DNA of 34,175 bases from a virus. Lineage: Duplodnaviria; Caudoviricetes. The notes beneath the pieces were generated by a model, which saw only the letters and a program-made list of their open reading frames with translations, made no database searches and was not told the DNA's origin. This document shows, piece by piece, positions 1 through 7,710 of this stretch. The position numbers and the translations under genes are program-made. The DNA is taken from the IMG/VR virus record IMGVR_UViG_3300025018_000357, positions 1 to 34,175 of that record; one strand, given 5' to 3'. Positions within the stretch are counted from its first letter, which is position 1. Each line of letters starts with the position of its first letter.

Positions 1-13
1 GCGCGAAGATTCC
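1..13. repeat. Left copy of 13-bp terminal repeat, probable cohesive end (cosN)
   Basis: GCGCGAAGATTCC is identical to 34163-34175. Joining the ends places it about 85 bp upstream of the terminase small subunit gene, as for lambda cos. Confidence 0.75.
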
Positions 14-75
14 CCCGGTGCTTCTTTACGCCGGGAGAACCTTTGCAATTTGCAGTGATGGAATGGACGTTTGCG

Positions 76-678
76 CTACCGGGAACGCTTGAACACGCGG
101 CGCAGCTCGTTTTCGTAATGCACCTGGATTGTTGCCATCACGGTTCTATGAACCACGGCTTTGAAATTCCAGATTGGTCGATAGCTGGTCTGCGGCTGGT
201 AGCTGACCAGCATCTTGACCCGCCCGCCGCGCATGCGTTGGAAGATCCCGGCCTTTCCGTTGATCGTTCCCGAAAATACGTTCGGCTTGCCTCGCAGGCT
301 GGCCAGATAGTTGCGCGGCATGTTGCCGTAAGTGTTGCGCCGGCCAGCCGCAGGAACAGGGATCACCCGGCCTTTCGGCTTGACCACACCGCCGGTCACG
401 TTCGGCAAAAGATATCTGGCCTGCAGATCCTTGACGAACACGGTTGCCACCATCCGCGACTTGCTGGCCCTAAGCGTTGCCATGCCCTTGCGAGTGAATG
501 GCGTTGGCCGATCAAAGGTCCGCGCCAGATCTTCACCGCCGGCGGTTGCTGCACTCTTGGCCGTCTGGTTCAACGCCAGCATGGCCGCAAACTTCGCATC
601 CTTCTCGGCTTGCGCCATGGCCTTGCGCCATGCGTCCACATTGGAGCGCACCGCGCCCGAGAAGTCAGCGCCAGCCAT
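76..678 (-). CDS. Basic phage protein, probable tail completion (lambda gpZ-like) protein
   Basis: ATG at 678 (MAGADFSG). 'FAAMLALNQTAK...FDRPTPFTRKG' resembles gpZ-like phage proteins, and the tail module has no Z gene between the FII-like and U-like genes. Confidence 0.5.
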   Translation of the reverse strand: MAGADFSGAVRSNVDAWRKAMAQAEKDAKFAAMLALNQTAKSAATAGGEDLARTFDRPTPFTRKGMATLRASKSRMVATVFVKDLQARYLLPNVTGGVVKPKGRVIPVPAAGRRNTYGNMPRNYLASLRGKPNVFSGTINGKAGIFQRMRGGRVKMLVSYQPQTSYRPIWNFKAVVHRTVMATIQVHYENELRRVFKRSR

Positions 679-820
679 TGTGAAAACTTTCAAGGTTGAA
701 TTCGACCATGCGCCGCCAAACTGTGCCAAGGCTGACAGCGTGGCGCTGCGCCTTGGCCGGGTCGAGTGGTGAACCAATCCGCAATCTGCGGCATCAACGC
801 GCCTCGGTCATCCCCTGGAC

Positions 821-1543
821 CTATCGCCAACCGGCGCGGCCCATGGGTCGGATTCGATAGGCTAAAAGTTTGAGCTGGTCAAGCCCGACCTCAACCAGCG
901 TTGCCCGGCCAAACACGTTCACTTCCACTTTCAACCGCTCGCCATTGCCCTTGATCTTCTCGACAGTAGACAGAAATCCGGTGAATGGACCGCTTGTAAT
1001 TTCCGGTTTTGAGCCAATCGGAAACTTGTCTGGAATGTCAGCCAGCCCCGGCTTTTTGCAGTCAACTTTCAATGCCTTAATGAAGCTATCGGGCAAACAA
1101 ACCGGCAACCCGTCGCGCCCGAGATAGCCCGACAATCTGGACGCGCAGAGCGCACCCACCCAAGCCTCGGCCGATGGCACCAGACGGATGAATAAATAGC
1201 CTTGGAAAATCGGCCGCTCGATTGTGATTGACTTCTTTCCGTGGCGTGGCGGTTGCCGTCTTTTGGCAATCGGTCGCCAATTGCTGATTCCCTTGGCCGT
1301 CAATTCTTCTGAAACGATTCGCTCCTCATGCGGCTTGACCCGTGCAACCACCCACTTGGCCACCTGGTCAAAGCCCGGCACATCACACCGCGCCGAGGCG
1401 ATCAGCCGCGCCGTGCCCGCGTTCGCTGCCCGCTGCCGCGCCAATGCATCGGCAATGCGCGCGCGCTCGGCTGCAGTCATGTCGGATTCAAACACCGGCT
1501 TGTAAGACAGCCGCCGGCCTTTTGTGGTCTTCTCATGCATCAT
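821..1543 (-). CDS. NusG-family transcription antitermination factor (NGN + KOW domains)
   Basis: 'WVVARVKPHEE', 'RPIFQGYLFI', KOW 'ITSGPFTGF...VEVNVFGRATLVEV'. Occupies the lambda Q position. Confidence 0.9.
   Translation of the reverse strand: MMHEKTTKGRRLSYKPVFESDMTAAERARIADALARQRAANAGTARLIASARCDVPGFDQVAKWVVARVKPHEERIVSEELTAKGISNWRPIAKRRQPPRHGKKSITIERPIFQGYLFIRLVPSAEAWVGALCASRLSGYLGRDGLPVCLPDSFIKALKVDCKKPGLADIPDKFPIGSKPEITSGPFTGFLSTVEKIKGNGERLKVEVNVFGRATLVEVGLDQLKLLAYRIRPMGRAGWR
854..882 (-). promoter_or_regulatory. Candidate late promoter in the 3' end of the antiterminator gene
   Basis: TTGACC (882-877), 17 nt, TATCGA (859-854). Position is analogous to lambda pR'. The -10 match is weak. 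Confidence 0.35.
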
Positions 1544-2805
1544 CGCGCCGCCTCAAGTTCCTGTGTTTCGGTAACGGCCATGAACTCGGCCAACGCTTTA
1601 CGCACACCACTCAAATCATCCGTCTCACTGGCCGGGAAATAGACCCATTCCACCCGGCCCGGCGCTTCCATCCATGGCCAGCCGCGCGCCTCATGCTCGG
1701 CTTGCCAAGCATCCCAAAGCGCAGATCCGACCTTGACCGGCTTGAAATCCGCACCGGCTGACAGATCACCCGGCTGCACACTGCATCCGCTGCGCATCGC
1801 CGCCCGTTCATGCATGTGATTGACCGCCGGCCAGCCATAGCGCGCCAGATGCTCCCGCCGGTGCCGTTCGCCCGCTTCACCGCCCTGTTTGATCAGGCTG
1901 GCAATGAACGCCGTTGGCGCCGGGATCCGGTCAGTCATAGGCCCCGACAGGATCCGCAGCCGCTTGGCCGACCACGCCTTGCCGAATGGCGCGCCGTGGC
2001 TTGCCTGGCTCGCATCCGTGCTGGCCGGTGCCCGCTTCGGCATCTTTTCCCAAGGCTTTTGCGTGAGATACACACCGAACGCGCAAACCAGCTTGCGGCC
2101 GTTTTCCTTGGCCGTCCGCACATAGTCCGCAGCCCGCTCGGCCGCTTCCGTCCGTTCATCCGGATCAAGCGCAAACCACGCTTCCCGTGCCCTCGGCTCG
2201 CTGTCCGTGACATAGGTTGGCCAAGCTGCATGCGCCGCCTTGAACCGCCGCAGCCATGTTGCGGCCGTCACCGTGTCGGCATCGTCTGCAGCCTCGCCAG
2301 CTTCCGGCGCTTCCCCTTCTTTTCCTTCCCGATCATCGTCAGAAACTCTCTCGCGCGGGTTAGAGATTACTGGTTCCCTTACAGGGTTAGTGTCCGGATT
2401 TCGGACACGGGATTGGCCATTTTCCGGACACGGCTTTGGCTGTTTTTCGGACACGGGATCCGCGTTCCCGTGTCCGGATTTCGGACACGGGATTTTGCCC
2501 GGTTCGGCCTCGGCCTTGAGCGCCTCGAACGCCTTTTCGAACGCGAAAAAATAGACGGTCGATTTCTGTTTTCTGGTCTGTTCATTGCGCCGCTGTTTGC
2601 GGATCAGAAGGCCGAGGCGTTCCAGCTCGGCCAGATGCAGATTAAGCGTGGATCTCGACATTTCCGCATCATCGCAAAGCCGTTCCTGGCTTGGGAAACA
2701 CCCGTTATCCGGATTGTGCCGATCAGCCAGACAAAGCAAAACCAGCTTTGTTGCCGGCTTCAAGCCACGTTGCGAGAATGCCCAATTGGTTGCCGCGTGG
2801 CTCAT
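1540..2805 (-). CDS. Phage replication initiator (N-terminal winged HTH, lambda O-like)
   Basis: 'KLVLLCLADRHNPDNGCFPSQERLCDDAEMSRSTLNLHLAELERLGLL', followed by internal DNA iterons. Confidence 0.85.
   Translation of the reverse strand: MSHAATNWAFSQRGLKPATKLVLLCLADRHNPDNGCFPSQERLCDDAEMSRSTLNLHLAELERLGLLIRKQRRNEQTRKQKSTVYFFAFEKAFEALKAEAEPGKIPCPKSGHGNADPVSEKQPKPCPENGQSRVRNPDTNPVREPVISNPRERVSDDDREGKEGEAPEAGEAADDADTVTAATWLRRFKAAHAAWPTYVTDSEPRAREAWFALDPDERTEAAERAADYVRTAKENGRKLVCAFGVYLTQKPWEKMPKRAPASTDASQASHGAPFGKAWSAKRLRILSGPMTDRIPAPTAFIASLIKQGGEAGERHRREHLARYGWPAVNHMHERAAMRSGCSVQPGDLSAGADFKPVKVGSALWDAWQAEHEARGWPWMEAPGRVEWVYFPASETDDLSGVRKALAEFMAVTETQELEAAR
2390..2494. repeat. Iteron array, probable replication origin
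   Basis: 25-bp perfect repeat GTGTCCGGATTTCGGACACGGGATT at 2390 and 2470. CGGACACGG at 2402, 2425, 2448 and 2482. Confidence 0.8.
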
Positions 2806-4112
2806 TGCTGGCCACCTTTCACCGGATCCGGTATCTTGCCTTCGCTCACAAGCTGTTCAAACAGATCAATGCGCTGGCCGATCCACCGCATTACATTGAC
2901 CGCCATGGAATTGCCCAGCGCCTTGTAACGCGGGCCGTCCGGCGCGCCGTCCTTGCCGCGCCAAGGAACGTCCGTAAAGCCATCGGAAAACCCCTGCAGC
3001 CGCCGGACAGCCCAACCGGCTTGCTGCGTTTCGGTCGAATGAACGACATAGGACCGCGACGATCCGCCAGATCCGGCGCGAATATTCGCCGTGTCGTGTG
3101 GCCCTTCCATTTGCGCGCCGTCTTCACGCCCGCGCATGTCATAGGCAACAGCCGAGGCTTGCGGCAAGAAAGCGCCAAGCGGCCCGGAAACAGCCCCGGT
3201 TGTGTCGGGATCCTCGCGGCAATTGAAGCCCAAAGGTTCGGCAACAAGATTTTGCGTTTCATCACCTGCCGGCCCGCCGGTGCCCTTGGCCCACTTGGCT
3301 GTCACCGTGTCGGAAACATCACGATTGACCGGGATCAATCCTCCGCCGGTCTGGAACTCGCAGCCTTGCCCGCCACCGCCTCTAGTGCTTGCTCCAATTG
3401 TCGGGGAACATCCTTCCCCCTGCCCTCGGCCCGGCGCAGGATCCCCGCGCATGCCTTCCGGCTCAAGTAATACCGCTGCGGCAGGTCGCCAGTCTCCAAG
3501 ATATCCGACAACGAACATACGCCGCCGGCGTTGCGGTACGGCGCGTTGAAAGCCGTCCACTCGGACAAATTGAGCGTCAAGAACCCGGTAGGCGACCCCA
3601 TACCCGCATTCGATAGCGAATTGCAGAAAGGTCGCAAAATCACTTTCTTCAATCCATTCGTCTCCGGGCTTGCGGCCCTCGAGTCCGGGTCCGCCACTGC
3701 CCGAACCTTCCGCTGCATCCGAGACAGAGGAAAGGACGCCGGGCACGTTTTCCCATAGGAACCAGCAGGCGCCAAGGCGGCGAGCCAATGCGAGATATTC
3801 AAGGGCGAGGTTGCCGCGCGGATCATCCAATCCGAGTCGCTTTCCTGCGACCGAAAAGGACTGGCAGGGCGTTCCGCCAACGAGAACATCAACTGGTCCG
3901 GCGCTTGCCGGGATTTTGGTGAAGTCGCCATAATTCGGAACCCCATTGGTCGCCAGATCTTCGCCCGGCATGTTTGACCCGTAGTGATGCGCCAGCACCG
4001 CAGACGGAAACTTTTCAATCTCGGCAAAGAAACGAGGCGTCCAGCCCAGCGGATGCCATGCGGCCGTTGCCGCCTCGATGCCCGAACAAACGGACCCGTA
4101 AACAAGCCTCAT
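2802..4112 (-). CDS. DNA cytosine-5 methyltransferase (alpha chain)
   Basis: Motif I 'SVCSGIEA', IV 'GGTPCQSFS', VI 'ENVPG', VIII 'QRRRRMF', X 'RYKALGNSM'. The ATG at 4112 overlaps the upstream stop (ATGA). Confidence 0.92.
   Translation of the reverse strand: MRLVYGSVCSGIEAATAAWHPLGWTPRFFAEIEKFPSAVLAHHYGSNMPGEDLATNGVPNYGDFTKIPASAGPVDVLVGGTPCQSFSVAGKRLGLDDPRGNLALEYLALARRLGACWFLWENVPGVLSSVSDAAEGSGSGGPGLEGRKPGDEWIEESDFATFLQFAIECGYGVAYRVLDAQFVRVDGFQRAVPQRRRRMFVVGYLGDWRPAAAVLLEPEGMRGDPAPGRGQGEGCSPTIGASTRGGGGQGCEFQTGGGLIPVNRDVSDTVTAKWAKGTGGPAGDETQNLVAEPLGFNCREDPDTTGAVSGPLGAFLPQASAVAYDMRGREDGAQMEGPHDTANIRAGSGGSSRSYVVHSTETQQAGWAVRRLQGFSDGFTDVPWRGKDGAPDGPRYKALGNSMAVNVMRWIGQRIDLFEQLVSEGKIPDPVKGGQQ
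3335..3889 (-). CDS. Nested out-of-frame ORF, probable C5-methyltransferase beta polypeptide (M.EcoHK31I-like arrangement)
   Basis: Same-strand alternative frame is open 4105-3335 and ends in 'CSLSDILETGDLPQRYYLSRKACAGILRRA'. Start uncertain; ATG 3889 chosen. Confidence 0.65.
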   Translation of the reverse strand: MFSLAERPASPFRSQESDSDWMIRAATSPLNISHWLAALAPAGSYGKTCPASFPLSRMQRKVRAVADPDSRAASPETNGLKKVILRPFCNSLSNAGMGSPTGFLTLNLSEWTAFNAPYRNAGGVCSLSDILETGDLPQRYYLSRKACAGILRRAEGRGKDVPRQLEQALEAVAGKAASSRPAED

Positions 4113-4723
4113 GATCGCAGCCACCCCGCAAAATCCGCCCGCAGCTCACGCCAAAGCCGCGCCTTGTATCGGTCGCGGTTGAGTTCCGCCCGGCTCTTGA
4201 TGTCCAGCGCCTGGCGCAACATATGCGCCGCGTCATCCGCATTGCGTGGCAACTTCTGATCACTTCGTTCGGCCAGAAACTGTTGAAACTGCGGATCCGC
4301 GCACTTCATTGCCGCCTCGGCCGCGTAGTCCTTTGGTTCGCCATGAACGCCGGTTTCATCGCGCGGGCCATCATTGCGCCCGCCATCAATGCGCCCGCCA
4401 CCATCACGCGGCCGATCTGCAGCGCCGGCGGCATCAAACCGCTTGAGCCGCCGCACCTCGGCAAACGCCTGGTCAAGCATGCTCAACAGAAATTCGAGAT
4501 CTTCGCGGGCTTTCCAGATCACCATTGCCTCGGTCGGATCACTGGACGGCGCAAAGGTCATCAGCGTTTCCGGCGCGCCGTGGCCAACGCCATCAACCGC
4601 CCGCCGCGTTTCAATGTAATCACCGTCTGGCGACACCACGCGCCGCCACTCGTCATTTTTGACAACGCCAAGCCGGTGCCTGATCCCGATCAGCCGGGTT
4701 TTCCGATCATCCGCCGCCGTCAT
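4109..4723 (-). CDS. Hypothetical phage protein
   Basis: 204 aa, translationally coupled on both sides (4-bp overlaps). Confidence 0.75.
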   Translation of the reverse strand: MTAADDRKTRLIGIRHRLGVVKNDEWRRVVSPDGDYIETRRAVDGVGHGAPETLMTFAPSSDPTEAMVIWKAREDLEFLLSMLDQAFAEVRRLKRFDAAGAADRPRDGGGRIDGGRNDGPRDETGVHGEPKDYAAEAAMKCADPQFQQFLAERSDQKLPRNADDAAHMLRQALDIKSRAELNRDRYKARLWRELRADFAGWLRS

Positions 4724-6126
4724 GCTGCAGCCTCGGCAGCTTTGGCGCGCGGCTTAGGCTTTGCCGCAGCTTTCGGCTTGGCCGCAGCTTTCGCCCTGGT
4801 TGCCGTTTTCGGCTTGGCTTTCGCGCGTGGCTTTGCTGCAGGTTTCCGCTTGGCCGTGGCCTTCGGTTTCGCCTCGGCCATCGCCGCCGGCTGCGGTTCC
4901 GGCTGCGGTTCCGATTCTGGCTCAATGTCGGCCGGTTCCGCGCCATAGCCCCAAAACGTCCAGCCTTTTGGCGGTTTGCCCCGCGCGAACAGCTCAAGCT
5001 TTGGAACGCCTGGAAACATGCCATCAATCACCGCGCGGAAATGCGCCGGCTTGGCCGAGTGGTCTGTTTTCTTCTCGGAAAAAATCGAACGCGGTTGCGT
5101 GCCTTCCACCGGACAAGGCGGATTGCCCCGCTTTGCAATCAACAAATCCTCGCTTTGGTCGATCACCCAACGGCCGGTTCCGGGATTTACCTTGTCCCAA
5201 CTGATCCGCGTCACATAGTCAAAGCCCCATGCCCGGATAACGTCAATTCCATCATCCAGCCGGTTGCCCGTCACCCAAAGAAACAACACCGCATCATCTG
5301 CAAAGATATCGCCGCCGGCGCATAGCGCCTTGATGTCGTCAAGCGGCATCGTCGGATAGGGATAACCCTTGTCCTGGCCGGTTTCCTCGCTCCAAACCTC
5401 ATCTTGCTTCCATGGCGGATCTGCATAAACCACCGACACCCCGCGCGGGATGGATCCCGGCGCTGCGATCTTCTGGCCTTTCTCGGCAATCTCGGCCATC
5501 AGGCCCAGCCGCACATTGCGCGAAACCTGTTTGGCTTCCGTCCGGATCCGCTTGGCCTCGTCAAGCACCGACCGCTTGCCGGCCGCAACGATCCGCGTGA
5601 TTTCCTGATCCGGCAAAGCCTTGAGCGCATCGGCCGAATGGATTGTCAGCTTTCCGTCACGGATGGCGTCAAGCAATGCCGCCGATCCGGATTGCCGCAC
5701 ACCGCTTGCCGCGACCACCAGCCGCTCGGAAACAGACATGCGCGCAGCCGCCGCCCGCGTCGGCAAATTTGCGGACCCATCGGCCCCGGCCGTGTGCTGG
5801 TTCATGCCCTTTTGCCATGTCACCAGATTGGCCGCGATCACCGCGCGTTGACTGGTCGAAAGGTGCCGCCGGTCAAGGTTTTTCGCCAAGACATAGCCCA
5901 GCGGATCCGACCCGGTATAGGTCTTGTAAATCGGGATCAGGCCGAGTTCCGCGCATGCCTTTTGCCGGTGCCGGCCGTCAATCACCTGATCATTGAAAAC
6001 GTCAATCGGCTCTTGCTGGCCATGCTCGGCCAGACTGGCCTTGAACGCCTCAAAATCCGCGTCATCCATCGCCGGGAAAAGCTCGGCAAGCGGATGCAGC
6101 GGCAACAACCCGTTTAGGTCTGCCAT
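4720..6126 (-). CDS. ParB-like N-terminal domain fused to MT-A70-family N6-adenine methyltransferase, with Lys/Ala/Pro-rich tail
   Basis: 'GQQEPI...VIDGRHR' (ParB/Srx), 'VVYADPPW', 'LFLWVT', 'HSAKP', 'LELFAR' (MT-A70). GGAGGG lies before ATG 6126. Confidence 0.85.
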   Translation of the reverse strand: MADLNGLLPLHPLAELFPAMDDADFEAFKASLAEHGQQEPIDVFNDQVIDGRHRQKACAELGLIPIYKTYTGSDPLGYVLAKNLDRRHLSTSQRAVIAANLVTWQKGMNQHTAGADGSANLPTRAAAARMSVSERLVVAASGVRQSGSAALLDAIRDGKLTIHSADALKALPDQEITRIVAAGKRSVLDEAKRIRTEAKQVSRNVRLGLMAEIAEKGQKIAAPGSIPRGVSVVYADPPWKQDEVWSEETGQDKGYPYPTMPLDDIKALCAGGDIFADDAVLFLWVTGNRLDDGIDVIRAWGFDYVTRISWDKVNPGTGRWVIDQSEDLLIAKRGNPPCPVEGTQPRSIFSEKKTDHSAKPAHFRAVIDGMFPGVPKLELFARGKPPKGWTFWGYGAEPADIEPESEPQPEPQPAAMAEAKPKATAKRKPAAKPRAKAKPKTATRAKAAAKPKAAAKPKPRAKAAEAAA

Positions 6127-6128
6127 GG

Positions 6129-6488
6129 TCAACCCTCCTGATTTTCGGTATCGGCCATGCCAAGCGCCGCCATATAGGTGCCGAGAATCGCTTGCGATTC
6201 CTGATGGCTGGCAACACCCGCTTTGCGGATGGCGATCACCTTGCGCATGGTTTTTGGATCAAAGCCGTCTGATTTCGCTTCCGCGAAAACCTGCTTGATG
6301 TCGTCGGAAACAACCGCCCGATCTTCGCTCAAGGCTTCAATGCGTTCGATCAGGGACAACAGCCGATCAGCCGCCACCCGGCCCGCATCGGATCCCGCCT
6401 CGCCGGTCAGTCCCGCGCCTGGCCGTTGCCGCGCTGCTTGATCTTCGGCCGGCTGGCCGTGTCGCGGTTGATAAGGATCATGAGCCAT
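6129..6488 (-). CDS. gapR: GapR/DUF2312-family nucleoid-associated protein
   Basis: 'LLSLIERIEALSEDR...DDIKQVFAEAKSDGFDPKTMRKVIAIRK...ILGTYMAALGM'. Confidence 0.9.
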   Translation of the reverse strand: MAHDPYQPRHGQPAEDQAARQRPGAGLTGEAGSDAGRVAADRLLSLIERIEALSEDRAVVSDDIKQVFAEAKSDGFDPKTMRKVIAIRKAGVASHQESQAILGTYMAALGMADTENQEG

Positions 6489-6727
6489 CAGCGCACCGCC
6501 TCGGCCAACCGGCGTTCCGACAGAAGCCAGAAGCGCAAGGCTTTTGCGGCCAGCCGTTCGCCAACCGTGCCAACGCCACGCGCCGCGCGCTCATGCCCGG
6601 CGCAATAGGATTTGCCCGGCGTGGTCTTGTCAGAACAAAACAGATGGACCGGCCGGCGTGGCGTTCCGCTGGTATCAACAGGCCACCGGCATTGATCTGG
6701 TTTTAGGTCGGCAATCGGCAACGGCAT
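6488..6727 (-). CDS. GcrA-like protein, C-terminal domain only
   Basis: 'IADLKPDQCRWPV...FC...PGKSYCAGH' matches the GcrA C-terminal signature. There is no N-terminal HTH. Confidence 0.8.
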   Translation of the reverse strand: MPLPIADLKPDQCRWPVDTSGTPRRPVHLFCSDKTTPGKSYCAGHERAARGVGTVGERLAAKALRFWLLSERRLAEAVR

Positions 6728-6766
6728 GGAAACCCCCGGTTTGAAACCGGCAATCCATGCCGGCGG

Positions 6767-7237
6767 TTAGTCGATCATGGCCGACAGCTCGGCCTCTAAA
6801 GCTGCGCGCCGCTCACGCCGCGCGGCATCCGCACACCACGGCGCCGGACATTCGAGACAGGCGACAAGGAATGAAGGTCCGAAAACGCAGATCATCGCGG
6901 CGATTGCCGGCGCGCGTGGCGTGGTTTCGCCGCGCAGCCATTTTTCTGCGGTTGAGGCCGGCCAGCCGATGGCATGCGCCAGATGCGCCGCCGTCGCTTG
7001 CGGAAACAGGGAAACGAAAAACCGGGAAAACCCGGCCGCGTCGAAGTGTTGAACCGGCCCGGCGCGGCGCGGCATCGGCCGGCTTCCGGTTTTGGCGCGC
7101 GGTTCGCCGGATCCGGCCGGCGTTTCGCCAGTTGCGCCCCGCGCAGCCCAAGAAACGGCCAGCGGTTTGGCGCAAGTATTGAAGCCGAGAAACGGCGCAT
7201 AATCCGCCGCCCCGGGATAACTGACCTGTAAAAGCAT
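6767..7237 (-). CDS. CII-like HTH transcriptional regulator
   Basis: HTH 'TAAHLAHAIGWPASTAEKWLRGETTP', position downstream of cro, GGAGG before ATG 7237. Confidence 0.6.
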   Translation of the reverse strand: MLLQVSYPGAADYAPFLGFNTCAKPLAVSWAARGATGETPAGSGEPRAKTGSRPMPRRAGPVQHFDAAGFSRFFVSLFPQATAAHLAHAIGWPASTAEKWLRGETTPRAPAIAAMICVFGPSFLVACLECPAPWCADAARRERRAALEAELSAMID

Positions 7238-7312
7238 GGTGAAGACCTCCAGAACGCACAACAAGGAAGGTGATTAGACAGCCGCCACACCGGCGGTTTT
7301 CAGGAATGGCGA

Positions 7313-7459
7313 TCACTTCGCACCCCCGAACCAGACAGACCGCAGCAAAGCCGCGATCTGCAAAAACGAAACAGCGGCAAAAACCGCAAAAAGGATGAAA
7401 CCGGAAATGGACAGCCCGAGACAAGACAACAGCCCGGCCGCAGCATCCGCCGCACTCAT
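7313..7459 (-). CDS. Small membrane protein
   Basis: 48 aa, hydrophobic, ATGA overlap with the cro stop. Confidence 0.55.
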   Translation of the reverse strand: MSAADAAAGLLSCLGLSISGFILFAVFAAVSFLQIAALLRSVWFGGAK

Positions 7460-7710
7460 GGCGCCACCTCGAAAACCGGCGCGCTGGCCGGACGCGGCAC
7501 ACCGGCCGGCCAGTCGCACCCATCCGGCCAGTTTTCCGACAGCCAGAGCATTGCCCGTTCATAAGTCGCTGTATTTACGTCACCGCCGTTGCGGATTTTC
7601 GCAATCCGCGCGCCCGATCCCAAAAGCACGGTTGACAGGCGCGCTTCACCGATCTCGGATCCGCTCACATATGCCGTCAAGGCTGCAATCAGGTTTTCGC
7701 GCAAAGTCAT
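7456..7710 (-). CDS. cro: Cro-like HTH protein
   Basis: 84 aa, 'IGEARLSTVLLGSGARIAKIRNGGDV...WLSENWP'. Divergent from the repressor and first gene of the replication operon. Confidence 0.75.
   Translation of the reverse strand: MTLRENLIAALTAYVSGSEIGEARLSTVLLGSGARIAKIRNGGDVNTATYERAMLWLSENWPDGCDWPAGVPRPASAPVFEVAP

Noticed and set aside
2390-2494. Mini CRISPR array
   Set aside because: The repeats are short, in-frame within a gene and irregularly spaced, with no cas genes. Iterons explain them.
1810-2928. 372-aa plus-strand ORF
   Set aside because: Antisense shadow of the replication initiator in GC-rich DNA, with no recognisable motif.
2802-6126. Restriction-modification system
   Set aside because: No recognisable endonuclease gene; both methyltransferases appear to be orphans.
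7589-7708. Longer N-terminus of CI from the ORF track (TTG 7589)
   Set aside because: Lies antisense within cro and adds sequence unlike a repressor N-terminus.
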